From Candidatus Nanoarchaeia archaeon (GTDB taxonomy: Archaea > Nanobdellota > Nanobdellia > Woesearchaeales > UBA10216): a stretch of DNA of 64,000 bases. Location of the stretch: positions 16,388-80,387 of the forward strand of contig JANQSZ010000022.1 in the NCBI GenBank assembly GCA_028279045.1, given 5' to 3'. Shown here piece after piece: positions 40,600 to 49,762 of this stretch. Every line of letters begins with the position of its first letter. Within the stretch, counting starts at the first letter, position 1. The notes beneath the pieces are model-generated. The model saw only the letters and a list, made by a program, of their open reading frames with translations. It made no database searches and was not told the origin of the DNA. Both the position numbers and the translations under genes were made by a program.

Positions 40600-41844
40600 A
40601 TGGACAGAATTGTTATTGGTGCCTCTTGGGGCGATGAAGGAAAAGGAGCTGTCGTAGATCGTTTAGCGGTAGATTCAGGACTCGTTGTCCGATACAACGG
40701 AGGAGACAACGCTGGCCACACTATGCATATTGGAGACCAGAAAGTGGTTCTTCACATTCTTCCAACAGGCGTGTTGCATGGCAAGCCAGTTGCGATCGGC
40801 CCAGATGTTTTTGTGAATCCGAAAGCGCTTCTTACCGATATAGAAGAAGTTACTGGGAAAGGGTTTGCTCCAAAACAAATCTTCATTGATGAGCGAGCAC
40901 ATTTGATCATGCCATATCATCAGGAATTAGATGCTGCTCGAGACAAGAATCAAGGAATTGGAACAACGAAACGTGGCATTGGCCCTGTTGCAGAAGCACG
41001 TGCGAACAGAAAAAAAGGGTTGACCGTCGGTGATCTTTTTGGAAACAATTTTCGGGAGCGAACAAAAGAAATTGTGCTTCTGTATGGAGAGGAACTTCGC
41101 GGCGTTGCTGAAGGAGTTTCGCTGGAAGAGTACGCAGATGCCCTTGCTACAGAATATTTGCAGTTAAGGGAAACGTTGAGTCAATTCATTACACTGCGCT
41201 CGACAGTTTATCTTTTGGAAGAATATGAAAACATTCTTTTTGAAGGGGCGCAAGGAACACTTTTAGATGTTGTTCATGGTACCCGACCGTATATTACCTC
41301 GTCAAATACTACTGCAGGTGCTGTAGCATCAAACGTTCGGCCTGGAAACTATGAAGTCGTTGGGATTGTGAAAGCGTTGTGGACGCGGGTTGGAGAAGGG
41401 CCATTTCCGACGGAAATGGACAGCACTCAATCAGAAACCATGCGCGTTGCTGGTGACGAATTTGGTGCTACAACAGGAAGAGGGAGACGGATTGGGCATC
41501 CTGATTTTGTTGCACTCAAGTATTCTGCACTGATTAACGGTGTTAACTATTGGGTGCTTACAAAAGTAGACTCCTTTGCAGATACAGCAATCCAAGGATG
41601 CACAGCGTACACAAAAAACGGAGAAAGTACTTCTGAAATACCTGCAAACATGGACGGATGGGAAGCAGAGTATACGACAAACTATCAATGGCCTAAAACT
41701 GATTGGAAAAGTGTAACGAAAGAAACACTTCCAGACGGGTTAAGAAAATATATCGCTGACATTCATCAATATACCGGCGTTCCGGTAGGAATGATTACGT
41801 TTGGACCTGAGCGAGGTGACTACTTGTGGCTATTAAACAAGTAA
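40600..41844 (+). CDS. purA: adenylosuccinate synthetase
   Basis: GASWGDEGKGAVVD P-loop, GGDNAGHT, and GTTKRGIGP motifs. Confidence 0.85.
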   Translation: MDRIVIGASWGDEGKGAVVDRLAVDSGLVVRYNGGDNAGHTMHIGDQKVVLHILPTGVLHGKPVAIGPDVFVNPKALLTDIEEVTGKGFAPKQIFIDERAHLIMPYHQELDAARDKNQGIGTTKRGIGPVAEARANRKKGLTVGDLFGNNFRERTKEIVLLYGEELRGVAEGVSLEEYADALATEYLQLRETLSQFITLRSTVYLLEEYENILFEGAQGTLLDVVHGTRPYITSSNTTAGAVASNVRPGNYEVVGIVKALWTRVGEGPFPTEMDSTQSETMRVAGDEFGATTGRGRRIGHPDFVALKYSALINGVNYWVLTKVDSFADTAIQGCTAYTKNGESTSEIPANMDGWEAEYTTNYQWPKTDWKSVTKETLPDGLRKYIADIHQYTGVPVGMITFGPERGDYLWLLNK

Positions 41845-42449
41845 ATACTGTCGAGGACAAACGGAAAATAAAAAATGTTCTTATTAGTGTATGGGATAAA
41901 ACAGGCATACTTGAATTTGCTCGATCACTGGGCGATGTTACTATTTATAGCACAGGCGGTACGTTTGTTGCACTTGCAGAATTGCCAAATGTGAAAAGGG
42001 TTGAAGAGTACACTGGTTATGCTGAAATGCCGGGTGGCCTTGTCAAAACATTGCACCCAAAAATTCACGCAGGCATACTTGCCGATGCAAGGGACCTAGA
42101 GAATAACGATTACCTGGAACATATTGAAGCGGTGCACTTTGACATGGTTGTTGCAAACTTGTACCCGTTTCAAGAGATGAGTGTCCACGGCGTGGAAAGC
42201 GCGCGTAGCCACATCGACATTGGCGGGCCGACAATGATTAGTGCGGCGGCAAAAAACTACTTGAAAGTCACTGTCGTTACCGATCCTAGTGATTATGGCA
42301 GGATTGTGGAATGGTTAAAGAATGGACATATTACTTTTACTCAAAGAGTAGAACTCGCTAAGAAAGCATGGAAACACCTTGCAGACTATCAACAAGGAAT
42401 TAGCGATTTTTTTGACAAAAAAGAGGAGTTTGATTATGAATTATCGTAA
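41826..42449 (+). CDS. purH: IMP cyclohydrolase domain protein (PurH N-terminal MGS-like domain as separate ORF)
   Basis: VLISVWDKTGILEFARSLGDV..STGGT and LVKTLHPKIHAGILA are PurH IMPCH motifs; 207 aa. Confidence 0.7.
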   Translation: MAIKQVNTVEDKRKIKNVLISVWDKTGILEFARSLGDVTIYSTGGTFVALAELPNVKRVEEYTGYAEMPGGLVKTLHPKIHAGILADARDLENNDYLEHIEAVHFDMVVANLYPFQEMSVHGVESARSHIDIGGPTMISAAAKNYLKVTVVTDPSDYGRIVEWLKNGHITFTQRVELAKKAWKHLADYQQGISDFFDKKEEFDYELS

Positions 42450-43710
42450 AGCATATCGAGAAATTACAGAAGATCATTTCCCAGAAAAAATGACAATCAC
42501 TCTAGGGGATACTCAACTCGAATACCAAAAGAAAACTTGGCGCATTGAAACGCCAACAGGACTCGAGGAGAAAGGGCTTCGATACGGTGAGAACCCTGGA
42601 CAGGAAGCAGCGCTCTACGAACTTGTTAATGGAAATTTAGTTTTAGGGGAATGTCAGTTTATCGGCGCTGGAAACGGTTTAGTGAGTAGTGTTTCGAGTG
42701 AAGACCTCATACAATCTGGCAAGCATCCTGGTAAAACAAACCTTACTGATGTTGATAGTGCACTGAATATTCTGAAGTATTTTGACGAACCTACTGTGGT
42801 AATTGTTAAACATAACAATCCGAGCGGGGTTGCTACGCGGAGTACGCTAGTAGAAGCATACCGAGAAGCATATTATGCAGACAGGATCGCGGCATTTGGT
42901 GGAGCTGCAGTTTGTAATCGAACGATCGACAAAGAAACTGCACGAGAAATGAGTCACCAATATTTGGAAGTTGTTTGTGCACCACACTTTGAAGAAGATG
43001 CGCTTGAGTATTTGAAACAACGCAAGAACCTGAGAATTATACAGATACGAAACATTGAGAAACTGCAGCAGTACGCGTACCAACGGTTTTTAGATTTCAG
43101 AAGCCTTATGGACGGAGGGTTGGTTATTCAGCAATCTCCTCTCAATACGATTCGTAGCGTCGAAGATTTCAAAACGGCGGTGGTTGAGCACAAGGGAGTC
43201 GAGTATGCGAACAAACGTGCGCCTACTGAAAAAGAATTGAACGATATGTTATTTGGCTGGCGTGTAGAAATGGGTGTGACATCCAACTCGGTTATCTATG
43301 TAAAGAACAATACGACAGTCGGTATTGGAACAGGGGAACAAGATCGTGTTGGTGTTGCAGAGATAGCAGCGCTGAAGGCATACCAGAAATATGCTGATCG
43401 CCTGTGTTTTGAAGAACAAGGCAAGCCACTTTGGGTGTTGAAGGAAGATATTCAGCAAGGAAAAGCAGAACAGCACGTGCTGGATGATATAAATACACGG
43501 GTTGCAACAGCGCGAGGGAACCTGGAAGGATCGATTATGATCTCGGATGCGTTCTTTCCTTTTCCAGATACGGTTGCCGTTGCGAAGAAATTTGGGATCA
43601 CCGGCATAGTGCAGCCAGGAGGATCTTTGAACGATCATTTAAGTATAGAAGCAGCAAATGACGCTGGCATTGCCATGGTATTTACAGGCCAGCGGGCGTT
43701 CAAACACTAG
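42436..43710 (+). CDS. purH: AICAR transformylase domain protein (PurH C-terminal domain as separate ORF)
   Basis: LRYGENPGQ, SDAFFPFPDTV and IVQPGGSLNDHLSIEAANDAGIAMVFTGQRAFKH. Different frame from the IMPCH ORF, overlapping by about 14 nt. Confidence 0.75.
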   Translation: MNYRKAYREITEDHFPEKMTITLGDTQLEYQKKTWRIETPTGLEEKGLRYGENPGQEAALYELVNGNLVLGECQFIGAGNGLVSSVSSEDLIQSGKHPGKTNLTDVDSALNILKYFDEPTVVIVKHNNPSGVATRSTLVEAYREAYYADRIAAFGGAAVCNRTIDKETAREMSHQYLEVVCAPHFEEDALEYLKQRKNLRIIQIRNIEKLQQYAYQRFLDFRSLMDGGLVIQQSPLNTIRSVEDFKTAVVEHKGVEYANKRAPTEKELNDMLFGWRVEMGVTSNSVIYVKNNTTVGIGTGEQDRVGVAEIAALKAYQKYADRLCFEEQGKPLWVLKEDIQQGKAEQHVLDDINTRVATARGNLEGSIMISDAFFPFPDTVAVAKKFGITGIVQPGGSLNDHLSIEAANDAGIAMVFTGQRAFKH

Positions 43711-43720
43711 TTACACGTTT

Positions 43721-43760
43721 GTGTACAAAACAGTTAATAAATACCAAAATTTGTACAAAG
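43721..43760. promoter_or_regulatory. GTGTACAAAAC box plus second TTGTACAAAG half-site with TATA-like ttaataaata upstream of purF-purD
   Basis: gtttGTGTACAAAACagttaataaataccaaaatTTGTACAAAGactataggg; ATG of purFD at 43781. Confidence 0.55.
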
Positions 43761-43780
43761 ACTATAGGGACAGCACGCTT

Positions 43781-46513
43781 ATGTGTGGAATTTTTGGAAT
43801 CATTGGAAGTCCGGATGCAGCGGCAGAAATCTATGTCGGAATGCTGCACCTTCAGCACCGCGGCCAAGATGCCGCTGGCTTAATGGTGCAAGACACTTCT
43901 AGCCCAGAGTACGGTATTCGGAGCGAACGAGGCAAGGGTTGGGTCACCCATCTTTTTGATGGAGACAAACTTGCTGGCATGGCAGGAAGCATGGGCATCG
44001 GCCATACTAGATACCCGACTGCTGGTTGCGGAGAGATGAGCGAGGTGCAGCCATTCTTTGTTCAACAACCCGATGGAATTGGGATGGGTTTTAATGGAAA
44101 TATTATCAATTATCAGCAACTCAAGAAAGAATTGCGAGAAGAACAACGCATTTACCTGCGAAGTCAATCTGATGGTGAAGCGCTTTTGCATCTTTTTGCA
44201 GAGGGATACAAAAGGAAGGAAGGGGCAGAAGCGATTTTTAGTGCTGTAGAGCATATCAACAAAAAATGTGTAGGTGCATATTCTGTTGTAGGTATGATTT
44301 CAAACAAAGGAGTGTTTGCTTTCAAAGACCCAAACGGAATTAAACCGTTAAAAGTTGGACAGCGGCAGACGAGCAAAGGGGTTGTGTATGCATTTGCATC
44401 GGAAAGCATTGCTCTTAGCATCCAAGGATTTGAAAATGTACGAAGTTTAGAACCAGGAGAAGTTATTTTCGTAGATGCAAACGGAAACTATCATTCACGC
44501 ATACTAGAGCAGAGAGAGTCTGCTCCTTGTTCCTTTGAATGGGTGTATTTCTCGACGGTAGAATCCGAGTTCCAGGGAAAGAGTGTTTACATGGTGCGTA
44601 AGAAACTAGGTGAAGAACTTGCAGCTAAAGTCAAGAAAAAATGGCCTGATTTGAAAGTCGATGTCGTTATTCCTGTCCCAGATACAAGCAGACCAGCTGC
44701 CGCTGCGCTTGCTAATTCATTAGGTGTTCGTTATGATGAAGGATTAGTGAAGAATCGCTATGTTGGACGAACATTTATCATGCCACATCAACAGGTCAGG
44801 GAGCAAGCACTAGAATTGAAACTAAAACCTATCGATCATGTTTTGAAAGGAAAGAATGTTATGGTTGTCGACGACAGTATTGTACGTGGAACAACGTCCA
44901 AACGTATGGTTAAACTACTACGGAACTCTGGAGCAGAGAAAGTTTACCTGCTTTCTACGTTTCCACCTATTAAACACCCGTGCTACTATGGAATTGACTT
45001 CACAAGCAGAGGGGAACTGGTAGCTGCCGACAGAGATTTTGATGAAATAGAAAAAGAAATTGGAGCTGACAAACTCATTTACATGGATGTTGAAGGCCTG
45101 GAGAAGGCAATTGGTCAGAGCAACATGTGTAGTGCGTGTTTGACAGGGAAATATCCAACGCCAGTGGATAGTGCTGATAGTTTAAGTGAGCAACGGCAAT
45201 CACATCAAGATCAATTTGACAAAGAGAATAGTATCGTGCTCGTCGTCGGAAACGGAGCACGTGAACACGTCATTACAGAATCGCTGGCGAAAGATAGCAC
45301 TGTGTATGCGTACATGAACGCACGCAACCCAGGAATTGCAAAACTTGCAAAAGATACCCGCATTGGATCATGGGATAATGTTGATGACATTGTAGAGTAT
45401 GCGAAAGAAATCAAAGCAACACTTGTTGTTGTTGGGCCAGAACTTCCTCTTTCAGCTGGAGTTGTTGATGCGCTTGAAAATGGCGGCATCCCGTGTTTCG
45501 GACCTGTTAAAGAGCTCGCACAGTTGGAAACGAGTAAGAGTTTTACACGGAGCTTACTGAGCAAATATGCAATAAATGCAAGTCCTGCGTATCGCGTGTT
45601 TAACTCTTCTGAAGGTCTCCATGAATATCTTCTTGAGCTCGGAGAATATGTATTGAAACCAGATGGACTTACTGGCGGAAAAGGAGTGAAAGTTAAGGGA
45701 GAACACTTTCAGACTGAGCAAGAAGCAATCGCGTATTGCGAAGAAGTTCTAGCTGGACATGGAAAGATTGTGGTTGAGGAAAAACTTATTGGCGAAGAAT
45801 TCAGCCTGATGAGTATTACCGACGGAAAAACAGTCATTGATATGCCTGCTGTTCAAGATCATAAACGCGCTTTTGATGGAGATCAAGGGCCGAATACCGG
45901 TGGAATGGGAAGCTACTCTGATGCGGATCATTCCCTTCCTTTCCTGACAAAAGAAGATTTGGATGTTGCGCATGAAACAACAGTCCAAGTTCTCGACGCA
46001 CTGAAGAAAGAGACTGGGAAAGAATACAAAGGAGTCATGTATGGTGGTTTCATTAAAACAAAGAACGGGGTTAAACTCATTGAGTATAATGCACGGTTTG
46101 GCGATCCGGAGGCGATGAATGTTCTTCCCCTCCTTAAAACTTCATTTCGATTAGTATGCCAAGCAGTTGTGGAGCAACGGTTGCATGAATTGCCTTTGCA
46201 ATTTGAGCAGAAGGCAACGGTGTGTAAATATGTTGTTCCAGAGGAATATCCAGGAAAATCTGAGCAAGCACCAATTGTTGTTCCTGAAATGAGTGCGAAT
46301 GTTTACTACGCTGCTGTCGATGAAAGAGACGGACAGCTTGTCACTACCGGATCTCGAGCAGTGGCAACTGTCGGCATTGCACCTTCACTTGAAGAAGCAC
46401 AGCAAATTGCGGAAGAAGGAGCGTCGAAAATTGAAGGAAAAGTTCGTCATCGAACAGATATCGGAACATCCGGATTAATTCAGAAGAGAATTGAACACGT
46501 ACGGGCGTTATAA
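43781..46513 (+). CDS. purF-purD: fused amidophosphoribosyltransferase / phosphoribosylamine-glycine ligase (PurF-PurD)
   Basis: N-terminal MCGIFGI (Ntn Cys), PRTase loop VVDDSIVRGTT, and CSACLTGKYP. About 23-aa linker, then PurD ATP-grasp IVLVVGNGAREH...; one continuous 951-aa ORF. Confidence 0.75.
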   Translation: MCGIFGIIGSPDAAAEIYVGMLHLQHRGQDAAGLMVQDTSSPEYGIRSERGKGWVTHLFDGDKLAGMAGSMGIGHTRYPTAGCGEMSEVQPFFVQQPDGIGMGFNGNIINYQQLKKELREEQRIYLRSQSDGEALLHLFAEGYKRKEGAEAIFSAVEHINKKCVGAYSVVGMISNKGVFAFKDPNGIKPLKVGQRQTSKGVVYAFASESIALSIQGFENVRSLEPGEVIFVDANGNYHSRILEQRESAPCSFEWVYFSTVESEFQGKSVYMVRKKLGEELAAKVKKKWPDLKVDVVIPVPDTSRPAAAALANSLGVRYDEGLVKNRYVGRTFIMPHQQVREQALELKLKPIDHVLKGKNVMVVDDSIVRGTTSKRMVKLLRNSGAEKVYLLSTFPPIKHPCYYGIDFTSRGELVAADRDFDEIEKEIGADKLIYMDVEGLEKAIGQSNMCSACLTGKYPTPVDSADSLSEQRQSHQDQFDKENSIVLVVGNGAREHVITESLAKDSTVYAYMNARNPGIAKLAKDTRIGSWDNVDDIVEYAKEIKATLVVVGPELPLSAGVVDALENGGIPCFGPVKELAQLETSKSFTRSLLSKYAINASPAYRVFNSSEGLHEYLLELGEYVLKPDGLTGGKGVKVKGEHFQTEQEAIAYCEEVLAGHGKIVVEEKLIGEEFSLMSITDGKTVIDMPAVQDHKRAFDGDQGPNTGGMGSYSDADHSLPFLTKEDLDVAHETTVQVLDALKKETGKEYKGVMYGGFIKTKNGVKLIEYNARFGDPEAMNVLPLLKTSFRLVCQAVVEQRLHELPLQFEQKATVCKYVVPEEYPGKSEQAPIVVPEMSANVYYAAVDERDGQLVTTGSRAVATVGIAPSLEEAQQIAEEGASKIEGKVRHRTDIGTSGLIQKRIEHVRAL

Positions 46514-47202
46514 TGTATGACCCATCAAAAGGAATAATGAAAGTCGCAGCATTCATGTCGGGAAGCGGAACCAATTTACGTAGATTGATTGAGAATAAGA
46601 ACGGATATGATGTGACGCTTATATTTACAGATAACAAAGACTCAAATGCAGAACGTATTGGGAACGAACACGGGATACCAGTACATTGCAGAGATATTAA
46701 GGAATACTACCGTGAAAGAAATGCGTCGAGGAGAGACATGGAAGTGCGGAAAGAGTACGATGCGGAAACTGCCGCGCTATTGAAGCAAAACAATGTCGAT
46801 GTCGTTGCGCTTTGCGGTTATATGAGTATTGTTACAGAACCAGTGCTGGATGCATTTACTGTTTTGAACGTTCACCCTGCTGATTTACGCGTACTTGAGA
46901 ATGAAAAAAGAAGATATGCAGGATGCATGGGTGCTGACTGCGTGAGGAAAGCACTAGAAAAAGGAGATGAACTGCGATCGAGTGTGCACATTGTAACATT
47001 AGGAGTTGATGAAGGACCTGTTCTTGCAGTATCAGAACCACTACAAGATGTTGAAGGAAAGAGTGCAGAGGAATTGCAAGAGGAACTCAAGCAAAAAGGC
47101 GATTGGGTAGTGTACCCACAAGTTTTGCAAGACATGGCAGCAGGGAAATACCGACGAGAAGGATCTTCAATATACAAGGAAGGTGAACTTGTTGGTAACT
47201 AA
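46513..47202 (+). CDS. purN: phosphoribosylglycinamide formyltransferase
   Basis: KVAAFMSGSGTNLRRLIE and VLNVHPADL formyltransferase motifs. TAATG overlap with the purFD stop. Confidence 0.75.
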   Translation: MYDPSKGIMKVAAFMSGSGTNLRRLIENKNGYDVTLIFTDNKDSNAERIGNEHGIPVHCRDIKEYYRERNASRRDMEVRKEYDAETAALLKQNNVDVVALCGYMSIVTEPVLDAFTVLNVHPADLRVLENEKRRYAGCMGADCVRKALEKGDELRSSVHIVTLGVDEGPVLAVSEPLQDVEGKSAEELQEELKQKGDWVVYPQVLQDMAAGKYRREGSSIYKEGELVGN

Positions 47203-47722
47203 AGAAGAAATTCGGAAACAGGTAGGGTCACAAGACATCACTGAAGGTGCGAGCGAAGCAATATGCATGCACATACGGGAAATGCAGGAATACAAAGGTG
47301 CAGGAACTGTAATGATGTATGCTGCGCTACCGGATGAAGTTGAATTAGCACTGCTTATTGACGATGCTAAAGCGACAGGGAAGAAAGTGGTACTACCGCG
47401 CATGGAAGGAAATCAGATTGAAGCTGTTCTTTACGATGGCCAGCTCATGAAGAACGAAATCGGAATTGCTGAGCCGGTAGAAGGGAGTATAGTGCCAAAG
47501 GAAGAGATTGATATTGTGATTGTTCCTGGCCGGGCATTTGACAAAAAAGGAAACAGACTTGGCCGAGGCGGTGGCTACTACGATACGTTTCTTCAAGGCT
47601 ACGAGGGAATGACAATAGGGGTTGCGTTTGAATCACAGATATTTAACGAATTACCTGTCGATGAACATGATTATCCAGTAAACATCATAATTACAGAACG
47701 GAGGCGTTACGATGGATCCTGA
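47183..47722 (+). CDS. 5-formyltetrahydrofolate cyclo-ligase (MTHFS)
   Basis: VVLPRMEGNQIE ... VPGRAFDKKGNRLGRGGGYYDTFL conserved 5-FCL motifs. Confidence 0.7.
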   Translation: MNLLVTKEEIRKQVGSQDITEGASEAICMHIREMQEYKGAGTVMMYAALPDEVELALLIDDAKATGKKVVLPRMEGNQIEAVLYDGQLMKNEIGIAEPVEGSIVPKEEIDIVIVPGRAFDKKGNRLGRGGGYYDTFLQGYEGMTIGVAFESQIFNELPVDEHDYPVNIIITERRRYDGS

Positions 47723-48929
47723 AGTACAAAAACTCATACAACGAGAAGAACAAAGACAAGAAGAACAAATCGGACTAATTGCATCGGAAAACTTTGCTAG
47801 CAAAGCGGTATTAGAAGCTACCGGCAGCGTTTTTACAAACAAATACTCAGAAGGATACTCTAGAAAAAGATACTACGCAGGCAATGAAGTTGTCGACGAT
47901 ATGGAAGAACTTGCAATCGAACGTGCTAAGAAACTTTTTGGAGCTGAGCACGCAAATGTGCAGCCGTATTCGGGAAGCCCTGCAAATATGGAAGTGTTCT
48001 TTGCACTATTGCAGGCGGGTGATACCATACTATCTCTTGATCTTGCACAAGGAGGACACCTTACACATGGGAGCCCTGTTAATTTTAGCGGAAAAGGATA
48101 CCGGTTTATTCATTATTCACTAGATCGAGAAACCGAAACTATTGACTATGATAAGGTTGCTGAACAAGCTGCACAAGAGAAACCTAAGCTGATACTTTCT
48201 GGCTTTACTGCATACCCTCGTCAAGTAGATTTCAAACGCATGGCTAAAATTGCAGCGGAAGTTGGGGCGTATTCTATGGCTGATATCTCACACATCTCTG
48301 GACTTGTGGTTGCAGGAGAGCATGTTTCTCCATTTCCAGAAACAGATGTTGTGATGACAACGACGCACAAAACACTTCGCGGACCGAGAGGAGCGATGAT
48401 CATGTGCAAAGAAGAAATTGCAAAACAAATCGACAAAGCTGTTTTCCCGGGAATGCAAGGAGGACCACACAATCATTCAAACGCCGCGAAAGCGGTTGCA
48501 TTTGCAGAAGCCATGACTCCTGAGTTCAAGGCGTATGCAGGACAAATTGTTCGCAACGCAAAAGCACTCGCTGAGGGGTTAAAGCAAAAAGGATTTCGAC
48601 TGGTGAGTGGGGGAACAGACACACACCTTCTCTTGGTTGATTTGACGCCGAAGAAAGTCACAGGAAGGCAAGCACAGCTCGGATTGGAAAAAGCAGGGAT
48701 TATTCAGAACATGAATATGATTCCTTACGATACGAGAAAGCCATTTGACCCAAGTGGGTTGCGATTGGGAACCCCAGGAGTTACCACAAGAGGAATGAAA
48801 GAACCTGAAATGGAAAAGATTGCTGATTTTATTGATAGAAGTGTGCAACACATTGAAGATGATGCCTATCTCGAAGGCGTAAAACAGGAGGTAAAGGAAT
48901 TCGCAACAAAATTCCCTGTTTATCGATGA
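47712..48929 (+). CDS. glyA: serine hydroxymethyltransferase
   Basis: LIASENF, GYSRKRYYAGNEVVD, TTTHKTLRGPRG (PLP lysine region). Confidence 0.9.
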   Translation: MDPEVQKLIQREEQRQEEQIGLIASENFASKAVLEATGSVFTNKYSEGYSRKRYYAGNEVVDDMEELAIERAKKLFGAEHANVQPYSGSPANMEVFFALLQAGDTILSLDLAQGGHLTHGSPVNFSGKGYRFIHYSLDRETETIDYDKVAEQAAQEKPKLILSGFTAYPRQVDFKRMAKIAAEVGAYSMADISHISGLVVAGEHVSPFPETDVVMTTTHKTLRGPRGAMIMCKEEIAKQIDKAVFPGMQGGPHNHSNAAKAVAFAEAMTPEFKAYAGQIVRNAKALAEGLKQKGFRLVSGGTDTHLLLVDLTPKKVTGRQAQLGLEKAGIIQNMNMIPYDTRKPFDPSGLRLGTPGVTTRGMKEPEMEKIADFIDRSVQHIEDDAYLEGVKQEVKEFATKFPVYR

Positions 48930-49762
48930 TCTTAGACGGAAAAGAAGTAGCTGAGAAAGTGAAGAAAGAAGTGAAGATGTATGTAGAAACACTCGGCTAC
49001 CCTATTAAATTGGCAGCGGTTCTTGTAGGAGATAACTCTGCGTCTAAAATATACGTAGGGCGAAAGCAGAAATCTTGCGCAGAAGTAGGAATTGAATCAC
49101 AGTTGTTTCACTTGCCGAGTGAAACGACGCAAGAGGAGATTCTGGAGTTGCTTGGAACGCTTAATCAGGATAGCGCGGTCACAGCAATACTTGTACAGCT
49201 TCCCCTGCCAAAGCACATTGATGAGGAACTTGTTTTGAAAACAGTAGACCCAAAGAAAGACGTTGATGGATTTAATCCGCTCAACCTTGGGAAACTTGCA
49301 GCAGGAAATGAATTCATTACACCTGCGACACCGACGGGAATTATTCGATTGCTACATGAATATACTATTCCTGTTGAAGGAAAGCATGTTGTCATCATCG
49401 GAAGAAGCGCTATTGTTGGAAGACCAATGGCACTCATGATGATAAATAGGCATGCAACAGTGAGTGTATGTCATAGCAGGACAAAGAATCTTGCTGAGAT
49501 TACACGTCAAGCAGATATTATTGTTGTTGCTGCAGGAAAACAGAACCTGCTCACAGCAGACATGATTAAAGAAGGTGCAGTGGTTGTTGACGTAGGAATC
49601 AACAGGACTGTGAACAAAATTGTCGGCGATGTAGATTTCGAATCTATGAAGGACAAAGCAGGATACATAACGCCGGTACCAGGAGGTGTGGGACCAATGA
49701 CGGTTGCAACACTTCTCCACAACACACTACAACTCGCAAGGGTGCAGCATGAAGTACAGTGA
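48926..49762 (+). CDS. folD: bifunctional methylene-THF dehydrogenase / methenyl-THF cyclohydrolase
   Basis: ILVQLPLPKHIDE, GRSAIVGRPMA and PVPGGVGPMTVA. Confidence 0.85.
   Translation: MILDGKEVAEKVKKEVKMYVETLGYPIKLAAVLVGDNSASKIYVGRKQKSCAEVGIESQLFHLPSETTQEEILELLGTLNQDSAVTAILVQLPLPKHIDEELVLKTVDPKKDVDGFNPLNLGKLAAGNEFITPATPTGIIRLLHEYTIPVEGKHVVIIGRSAIVGRPMALMMINRHATVSVCHSRTKNLAEITRQADIIVVAAGKQNLLTADMIKEGAVVVDVGINRTVNKIVGDVDFESMKDKAGYITPVPGGVGPMTVATLLHNTLQLARVQHEVQ

Noticed and set aside
40577-40721. Longer N-terminal extension of the HTH-PRTase ORF
   Set aside because: It would overlap the purA start and the shared promoter with the GTGTACAAAAC box and TATA; Pro/Ser-rich with no HTH content. 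The HTH begins after the internal Met.
42379-42435. Upstream extension (MQTINKELAIFLTKKRSLI) of the AICARFT ORF
   Set aside because: It overlaps the end of the IMPCH ORF by ~70 nt in another frame; the internal ATG at 42436 (MNYRKAY) gives a tidier 14-nt overlap.
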